Under the pieces are notes generated by a model. It was not told the origin of the DNA. It ran no database searches and saw nothing but the letters and a program-made list of their open reading frames with translations. The translations under genes were made by a program, and so were the position numbers. DNA of 64,000 bases from Dehalococcoidia bacterium (GTDB lineage Bacteria; Chloroflexota; Dehalococcoidia; UBA6926): assembly GCA_963666115.2 (NCBI GenBank), contig CAXXET010000003.1:1-64000 (forward strand), given 5' to 3'. Positions 28,197 to 36,852 of the stretch are shown here, piece after piece. Position 1 is the first letter of the stretch. Each line of letters begins with the position of its first letter.

Positions 28197-28445
28197 ATGA
28201 CAACCCAAACCAAAACCATCGTCCTCTACACCAAGAAGGAGAACTGCCCTGACTGCGAGGTCGCCAAGCGCTTCCTCGCCGACCACAACGTCGGCTACGA
28301 ATCTCGTGACGTCGTAGAAAACCGTGATTACATGCTCGAACTCGTCCAAAACTACCGCAGCATGTCCGTCCCCACCCTCGTCGTAGACGGCCAGGCCGTC
28401 ATAGGCTTCAAAAAAGACGAATACGAAAAACTCCTGGGGCTGTAG
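28197..28445 (+). CDS. glutaredoxin/NrdH-like redoxin
   Basis: LYT..NCPDC, SVPTLVVDG..VIGF; AAGGAG RBS. Confidence 0.9.
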   Translation: MTTQTKTIVLYTKKENCPDCEVAKRFLADHNVGYESRDVVENRDYMLELVQNYRSMSVPTLVVDGQAVIGFKKDEYEKLLGL

Positions 28446-28877
28446 GCGAGCAGGTCCTGGGGGCCTGTAAGCCGGGTTCTGTACCCGGTTGGCGTCGCCG
28501 CCGGCCGGGCGATGGCCATCCATCTGGGCGTCGGCTTGCGCCGCCGCTCGAGCAGCCTACCCGAGGACGGGGTGGGCGTTCCCCTGCCCGCCTTTCGACG
28601 CGCGTCCTTCTATTTGGCCTTGCTCCAGGTGGGGTTTGGCCGCCGGCGCGTCACCGCGACCGGCCGGGCGCTCTTGCCGCCCGATTTCACCCTTGCCTGT
28701 GCCCAATGACGGATCATCAGGCCATCGGCGGTATGTTTCTGTGCCGCTATCCGTCGCCCCGCAGTCATCCCGCGAAACGCCTGGGCGTTACCCAGCACCC
28801 TGCCCAAGGAGCCCGGACTTTCCTCCCAGCCCGCCGAAGCGGCCTGCGCGGCCATCCGGCCCCCGGCCCTGCTCGCC
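28445..28877 (-). ncRNA. rnpB: RNase P RNA (class A)
   Basis: Minus strand GAGGAAAGTCCGGGC (28825-28811) and ACAGAACCCGGCTTA (28482-28468); complementary termini; ends approximate. Confidence 0.93.
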
Positions 28878-28928
28878 TGCCACAGTATACGCCCCCACCC
28901 TAACCCCGCCGGAGAGTGAGCCCCCACT

Positions 28929-28955
28929 TGTCATTCTGAGCGCAGCGAAGAATCC
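28929..28955 (+). repeat. REP-like element overlapping aroKB stop
   Basis: TGTCATTCTGAGCGCAGCGAAGAATCC. Confidence 0.85.
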
Positions 28956-30622
28956 AAAAACACCCTTAACACCTCATCCGACACAACCTGCCCCACGTCT
29001 CCCCGCAGCCGCCCCCGCCCAATGCCGTCGCACAAGATCCACCGCGTTTGCCCCGCCGCCACCTTCTTATCCACGGCCAGCGCGGCCCGGATGTCGTCCA
29101 TATCCAGACCCGGCGGCGCAGTCGTCGGCAATCCATATGCCTCCAACAGATCGATCTGCCGCTGCCGTTCTGCCGCCGTAATCGACCCTACCCTCTCGGC
29201 CAACTGCGCTGCGAAGCTCATTCCAATCGCGACGGCCTCCCCATGCAGGATGCCCGTGTACTCCAGCGTAGTCTCCACAGCGTGCCCCAGCGTATGCCCC
29301 AGATTAAGCCGCGCCCGCAGCCCCGTCGTCTCGCGCTCATCCAGCGAGACGACGCGCCCCTTGATCGCGGAGCACCGCAGCACGGCATATGCCCGCTTGT
29401 CCTCGTCGCCCGCCATGATCGCCTCCGCGTTGGCCTCAAGAAAATCAAATAGCTCCGCATCGAAGATCGCGCCCGTCTTGATGACCTCCGCCCACCCCGC
29501 CGTCAGGTGGCGCGGCAGCAGCGTATTCAGCGTCCGCGTATCCGATAGAACGAGCCGCGGCTGGTAGAACGCCCCCACGAGATTCTTTCCCGACGGCAGG
29601 TCAATCGCCACCTTCCCGCCGATTGAGGCGTCAACCATCCCCAGCAGCGTCGTCGGAACTTGAACAAATGCCACCCCGCGCAGGTAGCTCGCTGCCACGT
29701 ACCCCGCCAGATCACCCACAACGCCGCCGCCAAGCGCGACAACCACGTCACGTCTCTCGATCCGATGGCCGCTCAGTTCCGCAAACAACTCGCCCGCCTG
29801 CGCCAGGTTCTTGGATGTCTCTCCCTGCGGAATCTCCAGCAACAGCGGATCAAACCCCGCCTCCGCAAGGCTGCCCAGCGCAGTCTCTCGCCATTGCCCG
29901 GGTATCCCGCTATCCGTGATCACGCACGCCCTGCCCGATAAACCGGCCTCACTCATGCGCCGCCCCAGCGTTTCAAGCGCGCCCGGCGCAACCACAATCG
30001 GGTACGTCGCTGTCTCAGTCCGCACGGTAAACGCAACATCGGAATCGTCGTTGCCGTCCGGCTCCAAGATCTGCCCGTCCGTGACGCGCCTCCATCCATC
30101 CTCCGCGCCCCGCTGCGCCTCGATGGCCGCGTCCTCCATCGTCAGCCGGTCCGTAGCGACCGTCCAATCCGCGATGGCATACGCCGCCTGCCTGCCTGAT
30201 TTCAGCGCCGCAATGCGCCCAAGAGGGTCGCCGGCCGCAAGCAGCGGACGTTCAGTCGCATCCGACTCTTCCGACTGCATCCGCGCAAGGATGGTTGACG
30301 GCTGAGCCTCCAGGCAGACAACCGCGCCGGTCCTCTGCATAACTGCGCGATTCTCCGGGTCAAGAACGATGCCACCGCCCGTCGCAACAACCATGTTCGG
30401 CCACTGCGAAACCTCACGCAGCACCTCGGATTCCAATTCCCGGAAGACGGATTCTCCCTCCGTGGCGAAAATCTCAGGAATGGTCTTGCCGGCGCGTGAC
30501 TCTATGAGCTCGTCAGTGTCGGCAAAGTCGATGTGCAGATTGACAGAAATCTGCCGAGCGACGGATGACTTTCCCGTATAGGAAAACCCAATCAAATAGA
30601 TAGTGCGGCGTGGAGACGACAC
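28931..30622 (-). CDS. aroKB: bifunctional shikimate kinase / 3-dehydroquinate synthase
   Basis: LIGFSYTGKS..ATGGG..RPLL; GETSK, GGGVVGDL, PTTLLGMVDASIGGK, NLGHTLGHA. Confidence 0.93.
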   Translation of the reverse strand: MSSPRRTIYLIGFSYTGKSSVARQISVNLHIDFADTDELIESRAGKTIPEIFATEGESVFRELESEVLREVSQWPNMVVATGGGIVLDPENRAVMQRTGAVVCLEAQPSTILARMQSEESDATERPLLAAGDPLGRIAALKSGRQAAYAIADWTVATDRLTMEDAAIEAQRGAEDGWRRVTDGQILEPDGNDDSDVAFTVRTETATYPIVVAPGALETLGRRMSEAGLSGRACVITDSGIPGQWRETALGSLAEAGFDPLLLEIPQGETSKNLAQAGELFAELSGHRIERRDVVVALGGGVVGDLAGYVAASYLRGVAFVQVPTTLLGMVDASIGGKVAIDLPSGKNLVGAFYQPRLVLSDTRTLNTLLPRHLTAGWAEVIKTGAIFDAELFDFLEANAEAIMAGDEDKRAYAVLRCSAIKGRVVSLDERETTGLRARLNLGHTLGHAVETTLEYTGILHGEAVAIGMSFAAQLAERVGSITAAERQRQIDLLEAYGLPTTAPPGLDMDDIRAALAVDKKVAAGQTRWILCDGIGRGRLRGDVGQVVSDEVLRVFLDSSLRSE

Positions 30623-30631
30623 GCGAAATCC

Positions 30632-31864
30632 CTAGACCGTTGGCGCGGGCGCATGGCTCGGCCCGGCCGTTTCCATGTACGCCTGCACGTTCCTAACCGT
30701 CTCATCTCGATGGTCGCCGCCGAACTTCTCCAGCACGGCGTCTGCCAGCGCAATGCACACCATCGCCTCGCCAATCACCGCGCACGTCGGCACGAACGTG
30801 ATGTCGCTGCGCTCGTAATGCGCCCGCTCCACCTTCTCTCCCGTCCGCAAATCAACCGTCTCCAGCGCGTTCATAATCGTCGCGATAGGCTTGACCATCG
30901 CCCGCACCACAACCGGCTCGCCCGTCGTCATGCCGCCCTCCAACCCGCCTGATTTGTTGGAGCGCCTCGGCCACGGGCGTACCCACGTCCCGTCAGGATT
31001 CCTGTCCCACTCATCAATGGGTTTCACCACGTCGTGCACGGTCGAGCCGCGCATCGCCGCCTGGTCAAATCCCGCGCCGAATTCGACGCCCTTGACGGCG
31101 TTGATGCTCATGACTGCGGCGGCCAACCGCGTGCTCAGCTTCCGATCCCATTGGATATGCGACCCCAGCCCAATCGGCGCTCCTGTCGCGACAACTTCAA
31201 ACACGCCGCCCAAACTGTCTCCGTCCTGCCGTGCGGCGTCGATGGCCTCGATCATCGCCTCCGTCGCCGCCGGATCCGCGCACCGAACAGGCGACTCCTC
31301 CAACTGCACCCAGTCAATCGCCTCCTGCGGCGCGGCTACAACCCCCCCGATGCCCACAACGTGGCTGTGTACTTCTATGCCGATCTCCTCCAGGAATCGC
31401 CGCGCCACCGCCCCGGCCGCCACGCGTGCCGCGCTCTCCCGCGCGCTTGAACGCTCGAGGATATTCCGCGCGTCATCGTGCGAGTACTTGGTAATCCCCG
31501 GCGTGTCGGCGTGACCGGGACGCAGCTTGGTGATCGGCTCATAGGGAACATCTGACGGCTCAATGGACATCTCATCCACCCATGGCACACCGTCTGGCCC
31601 CGTGCCTGTCGAAAAGTCGCGGTTCTCGACGAACATGGCAATCGGCCCGCCAAGCGTCAGCCCGTGCCGCACCCCCGACGAAATCCGGGCGCGGTCCGTT
31701 TCGATCTGCTGCCGCGCCCCGCGCCCATACCCGCGCTGCCGCCGCGCCAAATCCTGCCGGATATAATCCTCGGACAACGAAACGCCCGCCGGTATGCCCT
31801 CGACGATTGTCGTTAGGCCCGGCCCGTGCGACTCTCCCGCCGTCAGGAAACGAAACTGTCCCAT
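30632..31864 (-). CDS. aroC: chorismate synthase
   Basis: TAGESHG, RPGHAD, ERSSARE, GGLEGGMT. Confidence 0.96.
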   Translation of the reverse strand: MGQFRFLTAGESHGPGLTTIVEGIPAGVSLSEDYIRQDLARRQRGYGRGARQQIETDRARISSGVRHGLTLGGPIAMFVENRDFSTGTGPDGVPWVDEMSIEPSDVPYEPITKLRPGHADTPGITKYSHDDARNILERSSARESAARVAAGAVARRFLEEIGIEVHSHVVGIGGVVAAPQEAIDWVQLEESPVRCADPAATEAMIEAIDAARQDGDSLGGVFEVVATGAPIGLGSHIQWDRKLSTRLAAAVMSINAVKGVEFGAGFDQAAMRGSTVHDVVKPIDEWDRNPDGTWVRPWPRRSNKSGGLEGGMTTGEPVVVRAMVKPIATIMNALETVDLRTGEKVERAHYERSDITFVPTCAVIGEAMVCIALADAVLEKFGGDHRDETVRNVQAYMETAGPSHAPAPTV

Positions 31865-31911
31865 TGAGTGTCAGCAACTCCTGTGCTTATTGATGTTGGT
31901 CACTATCCAGA

Positions 31912-32751
31912 TTACATCAGCGCTTTCAACGCCGCCGAATACATGATGTCCTCCGGCGCCTCCCGATCCGTCCAAAACTCGAACGACGCCGCCCCCTGGT
32001 ACACCAGCATCCCAATCCCGCCCAGCACGCGCGCCCCGCGCTCCCTGGCCAACTCCAACAGCGGCGTCTCTCGCGGATTGTAGACGAGGTCGCATACGAG
32101 AACGCCCCGCCCCAGCAACTCCCCAACCGGCGGCGCGCCGTCCGGTTCAGGCCCCCCCGCCATGCCAATCGATGTGCAGTTCACTATCAGGTCGAATGAG
32201 CCGTCGCCCGATAAGTCGCCGAAGCTTTCCCCCCGCGTCTCAACCGCCGTCGCCTCGGACACGTCACGCGCCAGCTCCTCTGCCCGTTCCGTCGTTCGAT
32301 TCACAATGACCAACTCCGAAACGCCCTCCCACGCAAGGCCGTATGCCACGGCCCGCGCCGCGCCCCCCGCGCCAACAACCAACGCCCGTTTCCGCGCCGC
32401 CGTAAAACGCGCCTCCTCCTCCAATGATCGTGTGAATCCCGCCGCGTCAGTATTTGCCCCGATCAAAAAACCGTCGCGGTTGATGATCGTATTCACCGCG
32501 CCAATCGACTCCGCCACCGGCAGAATCTCATCCAGCAGCGGCATGACGGCCTGCTTGTGCGGCACAGTCACATTCGCGCCCAACACATCCCCCGACCGCA
32601 GCGACTCCACCCGGGTCGCCAGTTCATCCGCCGGAGTCACCCACGTCTCATACCGCGCGTCAATCTCCAGTTCGTCGAACGCCGCCTGCTGAAACGCCGG
32701 CGAAATAGAGTGCCCCAGCGGATACCCAATAATCCCCACCCGCGATGTCAT
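31912..32751 (-). CDS. aroE: shikimate dehydrogenase
   Basis: GYPLGHSISP, NVTVPHK, GAVNT, NTD, GAGGAARA. Confidence 0.95.
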   Translation of the reverse strand: MTSRVGIIGYPLGHSISPAFQQAAFDELEIDARYETWVTPADELATRVESLRSGDVLGANVTVPHKQAVMPLLDEILPVAESIGAVNTIINRDGFLIGANTDAAGFTRSLEEEARFTAARKRALVVGAGGAARAVAYGLAWEGVSELVIVNRTTERAEELARDVSEATAVETRGESFGDLSGDGSFDLIVNCTSIGMAGGPEPDGAPPVGELLGRGVLVCDLVYNPRETPLLELARERGARVLGGIGMLVYQGAASFEFWTDREAPEDIMYSAALKALM

Positions 32752-33164
32752 CTGGCCCCACGACTCCTCTGCTCATCCAAATACGCCTGCAGCACAACCG
32801 CCGCCGCAACCGAATCAGGCGGGCTCGATGATCCACCCTCGCGCATCACCCGTTCGGCAGACACAGTGGACAGCCGTTCGTCCCTGCCCTCAACCGGCAC
32901 GGACAACCCGCGTTCGCACGCCCGCCGCACCCCCTCCGCCCACCGCGCCATCTCGCCCATCCGCCCGTCCATCGTGCGTGGAATCCCGACAATCACGCGC
33001 TCCACCCCATACTCCGCGACAACACTCCCCAATCGCTCGACAAACAATGCCTCATCCGCCCCCGGCAGCAAACCAAGCGGCTGCGCGATAGTCTGCGTCG
33101 GATCGGACACGGCAACCCCGCTCCTCGCCTTCCCAAGATCAACCGCAATAACTCGCCCGCTCAT
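32748..33164 (-). CDS. ruvX: Holliday junction resolvase-like RuvX/YqgF
   Basis: IAVDLGKARSGVAVSDP, VGIP, DERLST, D..AAAVVLQAYL. Confidence 0.9.
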   Translation of the reverse strand: MSGRVIAVDLGKARSGVAVSDPTQTIAQPLGLLPGADEALFVERLGSVVAEYGVERVIVGIPRTMDGRMGEMARWAEGVRRACERGLSVPVEGRDERLSTVSAERVMREGGSSSPPDSVAAAVVLQAYLDEQRSRGAR

Positions 33165-33240
33165 ACCCCAAGCATAGCCCACCCTATCCCCATTTAGCCC
33201 CACTCCCCATTCACTCCGCCCCCGTTCATCCTCCCCTATG

Positions 33241-33288
33241 CCGCTCACCCTGAGCTCCCCTCCGGTCACCCTGAGCTTGTCGAAGGGC
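33241..33288 (+). repeat. REP-like tandem CACCCTGAGC(TTGTCGAAGGG)
   Basis: Two units of the CACCCTGAGC family. Confidence 0.8.
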
Positions 33289-33323
33289 GCCCCACCCCGC
33301 TAAGCTCAAACAAAGGGGGAATC

Positions 33324-34007
33324 ATGCCAGACACCTACATGGTCGCAGGCGCCGCATCCGGCGTCGGAATGCACGTCACCCGCAAGCTGCTTGACCGCGG
33401 CGAGAACGTGCGCGCATTCGTCAGGAACGGGCGCAAACTCCGGGACATCTTCGGAACGCCGGACAACCTCGGCATCTTCGTCGGCGACATTGCCGATCAC
33501 GCTGCCGCATTCGAGGCCGCTGAGGGCGCGCACTACGTCATATCCACCGTCGGCGCGAAATTCCCGGACGGCGAACCGGAGAGAGTCGACTACCAGGGCG
33601 TGCACACGCTTGTGAACGCCGCTGCGGAACACGGCCACATCCGCCAATTCGTCCTCGTGTCCTCTATTGGTGTCACGCAGACCGACCATGATCTGAATAA
33701 GCGATTTAAGAACGTTCTCCGATGGAAGATGTTTGGCGAGAACTACCTGCGCGGCAGCGGTCTTTCCTACGCCATCGTCCGCCCCGGCGGACTCTCCGAC
33801 GATGCCGGTGGCGCGAAATCCATTGAGATCGGCCAGGGCGACTCAATCCACGGCGCTATCAGCCGCGAGACCGTCGCCAACGTCTGTATCGCCATCTGTG
33901 ACGCCGCGGAGCACGTGGTCCGTGAAGTGACATTCGAGGTCATCGAGGGCGAAGGCCCGCCCCCTGCGGACCTGGCCAACATCTTCGACAACCTCAAGCG
34001 AGATTAG
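33324..34007 (+). CDS. NAD(P)-binding atypical SDR family oxidoreductase
   Basis: VAGAASGVG, VDYQG, FVLVSSIG, YAIVRPGGL, ISRE.VA. Confidence 0.85.
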   Translation: MPDTYMVAGAASGVGMHVTRKLLDRGENVRAFVRNGRKLRDIFGTPDNLGIFVGDIADHAAAFEAAEGAHYVISTVGAKFPDGEPERVDYQGVHTLVNAAAEHGHIRQFVLVSSIGVTQTDHDLNKRFKNVLRWKMFGENYLRGSGLSYAIVRPGGLSDDAGGAKSIEIGQGDSIHGAISRETVANVCIAICDAAEHVVREVTFEVIEGEGPPPADLANIFDNLKRD

Positions 34008-35152
34008 CCCTCGATCACCAAATACCGCGCAAACTGCTCCATCGTCATCCCATCCCGCAGGTAGGGGTGGGTGTACAAGGGCAGCAGTTTCTCCTCCAAC
34101 TCCGACAGTGTCTGCGTTTGGTTCGGGTCGTCCGGGCGCACGCTCATCAGGTAGTTGCCCTCAGGCAGATGCCCCATCGGCAGGATGGCGTGCAGAAGCT
34201 CATGCGTGAGAACCTGGCCGAAGTACTCGTTCGGCGCGGAAACGTAGATTGCGGAATACATGCGGCCGTCATCGTCATGCTGGATGCTGCATCCCAGCCG
34301 TCCATGGCAGTTCACGGGGTTTTCCACGCCGAGATACAGCGCCAGGTGGGCCGTATCCTCCGATTGCGCCTCCTCCACCGCCACGCCCAGCTTTTCCGTA
34401 ACCCAGGGGATATAGGGAGTCAACTTGTCGCGCTCGAATGCCCCCTCGGCAATGTAATACGTCACGGGGTTGGGCATCCACCGCACGTGGCGTCCCAGGG
34501 ACGTGAACCGCCCCCCGCATGAAACGTCGCTTGCCTCCCGCAGGTCTCTGCTCTCCGTAAAGCACTCCCACGTCGAGCGATCCACCCGCATGCGGTCGGC
34601 CACCGGAACCACGTCATACATGGTGACCGTGACGCCGCACTCCGAGATTCCTTCAATGATCGCCAGTCCAAGCGCATGAACGTCGGTCCGTTGCAGCTCC
34701 TCCAAATCCTCAACACCCTCGTAGCACCCCATGGAAAACTCCGCAAAGTCGATGAACGAGTCATCGCCTTCCACGAAACGCCGTAGCGCTGACAGCCCCA
34801 ACCTCGCCCGCTCAGTGTTGATCCGCTCAAAAGCCTCATCCAGTATCTCCTCCGTTGTCGGCGGCTCAGGCGTCGGCGGCGGTGTGTTGGTAGGCGGTGG
34901 TGGCGGAACGGGCGTGTCTGCCGGTGTGGGCGGCGGCGCAGGTGTAGCGGTCGGCGCAGGTGGCGGCGCCGGTGTAGTCGTCGGCGCCGGTGGCGGAACG
35001 GGTGTATCGGTGGTCGGCGGCGGTGATGGCGCCGGCGTGCTGGTCGGCGCAGGCGGCGGTACGGGCGTATCCGGCTCCTCGGGTTCGGAATCGCACGCCG
35101 CAACAATCACCGCGACTGATAGAATCAACAGGAGTGCCGCTATGCGATTCAC
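34004..35152 (-). CDS. Pro-rich lipoprotein with C-terminal zincin-like metallopeptidase domain
   Basis: VAAC lipobox, PPPAPT repeats, HELLHAILPMGH followed by YLMS (Met-turn-like); start GTG inferred. Confidence 0.7.
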   Translation of the reverse strand: MNRIAALLLILSVAVIVAACDSEPEEPDTPVPPPAPTSTPAPSPPPTTDTPVPPPAPTTTPAPPPAPTATPAPPPTPADTPVPPPPPTNTPPPTPEPPTTEEILDEAFERINTERARLGLSALRRFVEGDDSFIDFAEFSMGCYEGVEDLEELQRTDVHALGLAIIEGISECGVTVTMYDVVPVADRMRVDRSTWECFTESRDLREASDVSCGGRFTSLGRHVRWMPNPVTYYIAEGAFERDKLTPYIPWVTEKLGVAVEEAQSEDTAHLALYLGVENPVNCHGRLGCSIQHDDDGRMYSAIYVSAPNEYFGQVLTHELLHAILPMGHLPEGNYLMSVRPDDPNQTQTLSELEEKLLPLYTHPYLRDGMTMEQFARYLVIEG

Positions 35153-35215
35153 GTTCGCCCTCCCTTTCCGCCGCCCGGCCAGCCGCGCTCCCATAATTCT
35201 ACAGGCTTGCGTCTC

Positions 35216-35257
35216 TTGACATCCCCACCCTTTCTGACTAGTCTGATAACTAGTCAG
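35216..35257 (+). promoter_or_regulatory. TA operon promoter with palindromic operator
   Basis: TTGACA (35216-21), 17 bp spacer, TAGTCT; inverted repeat CTGACTAGT/ACTAGTCAG (35234-35257) overlaps -10. Confidence 0.7.
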
Positions 35258-35284
35258 TTTTCAAATCAGTCAAAGGGGGGTGCC

Positions 35285-35569
35285 ATGACGTTCTACCCTA
35301 CGGATGACAAGCCGAATACGTGGCAGGTGCAAGAGGCAAAGGCGCGTTTCGGCGAGTTCCTCGAAACAACCATTGCCGATGGGCCGCAAATCGTAACGAA
35401 GCGCGGTATTGAGGCAGCGGTGCTGGTGCCCATTGACCAGTGGCGCAAAATTGAGGAGTCCAATAAGCGCACGCTCAAGGACCTCCTGTTGGCGCCGGAA
35501 CCAAGAACCGATGAACTCGTGCCCCCGAACTTGGGTTTCTTCCGGCCTCAACCCGTGTCTTTCGATTAG
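35285..35569 (+). CDS. Phd/YefM family antitoxin
   Basis: WQVQEAKARFGEFL....GPQIVTKRG..AAVLV. Confidence 0.9.
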   Translation: MTFYPTDDKPNTWQVQEAKARFGEFLETTIADGPQIVTKRGIEAAVLVPIDQWRKIEESNKRTLKDLLLAPEPRTDELVPPNLGFFRPQPVSFD

Positions 35570-35578
35570 TTTGTCGCC

Positions 35579-35989
35579 GTGTTTCTCCTCGACACGAATG
35601 TTGTCTCGGAGTTGCGCCGTGCTAGGCCCAATCCGGTCGTGGTGCGCTGGTTGGAACGCGTTCCGTCCCACAGCCTTCACGTGTCCGCAGTAACCATTGG
35701 CGAAATCCAGGCCGGGGTCGAAAACAAGCGGGCGCAGGATCCCGCAAAGGCGCTCGAAATAGAGGAGTGGCTGCATGAGGTGATGGGAACCTTCGGTGTC
35801 GTCAACGCGGACGCCGCCGCCTTTCGTGAGTGGGCGCGGCTGATGCACAGGCAGTCGGACAACCTGCTGAAAGACGCCCTCATCGCCGCCACCGCCCTCG
35901 TCAACTCCTTGACGGTCGTCACCCGTAACGTCCGCGACTTCCAACAGTTGCGCATGCAGATTATCAACCCGTTCGACAACACCGCCTAA
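35579..35989 (+). CDS. vapC: VapC family PIN-domain toxin
   Basis: FLLDTNVVSE, D.LIAATA....LTVVTRN.RDF. Confidence 0.92.
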   Translation: MFLLDTNVVSELRRARPNPVVVRWLERVPSHSLHVSAVTIGEIQAGVENKRAQDPAKALEIEEWLHEVMGTFGVVNADAAAFREWARLMHRQSDNLLKDALIAATALVNSLTVVTRNVRDFQQLRMQIINPFDNTA

Positions 35990-36049
35990 CCGCCCGTAGC
36001 CCGCCCAACCGCGCTGCCATAATTCAACAGATTGAGGAGTCGTGACGAT

Positions 36050-36847
36050 ATGGACTTGGGTTTGGATGGCCGCGGCGTGCTGGTCGCCGGGGGAAGTCGC
36101 GGGATTGGCGCAGTCGTGGCCGGGGCGTTCGCAAGTGAGGGAGCGCGCGTCGCCATCGCCGCGCGAACGCAGGACGTTCTACAGTCCGCCGCGCAGCGCA
36201 TCTCGGAAAAGGCAGGCCGGACGATCCTGCCGGTCGTCATGGACGTCACGGATGAGGATTCAGTCCGCGCCGCCGTGGAAAGCGTCACGGCCGAGTTCGG
36301 TCGTCTGGACATCGTCGTCAATTCGGCAGTCGACGTCGTGGGCGGCCTCCCCGGCGCCCCGTCGGAGCTCGACGCGGCAGCGCTCGGCGGCGCGCTCGAT
36401 GTCAAGGTGCTCGGGATGCTGCGGATCATTCAGGCCGCCCTGCCCCACATGAAGGCTGCGGGCTACGGACGGCTCATCGCGGTTGGCGGCGCGTCCGCCC
36501 GCCAGATTGGGGCGGCCAGCGCGAGCATCCGCAATTCCGCACTCGCTGCCCTGTGCAAGAACGTTGCAACGGAGGTGGGGCCGCACGGCGTCACCGTCAA
36601 CGTGATTCACCCGGGCGGCGTGCTCACGGAGCGCAACCGGGGGCGCGTGGAGGAAGAGCAAGCGCGAAACGGCGGCACGTTTGAGGAGGCGGAGGCGCGC
36701 CTGGCGGCCAACGTGCCGCTGGGCCGCATGGTTCACCCGGAGGACATCGCCGCGCTTGCCGTACTCCTCGCATCCCCCCACGCCGCAGCCATCACCGGCC
36801 AGACCATCGCCGTAGACGGAGGCGCAACACGCGCAATCACCTACTAA
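36050..36847 (+). CDS. short-chain dehydrogenase/reductase
   Basis: GGSRGIG, GRLDIVVN, GVTVNVIHPG, ITGQTIAVDGG. Confidence 0.9.
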   Translation: MDLGLDGRGVLVAGGSRGIGAVVAGAFASEGARVAIAARTQDVLQSAAQRISEKAGRTILPVVMDVTDEDSVRAAVESVTAEFGRLDIVVNSAVDVVGGLPGAPSELDAAALGGALDVKVLGMLRIIQAALPHMKAAGYGRLIAVGGASARQIGAASASIRNSALAALCKNVATEVGPHGVTVNVIHPGGVLTERNRGRVEEEQARNGGTFEEAEARLAANVPLGRMVHPEDIAALAVLLASPHAAAITGQTIAVDGGATRAITY

Positions 36848-36852
36848 TCCCC

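Noticed and set aside
28489-29181. ORFs over 28450-28900
   Set aside because: The region is the RNase P RNA gene on the minus strand.
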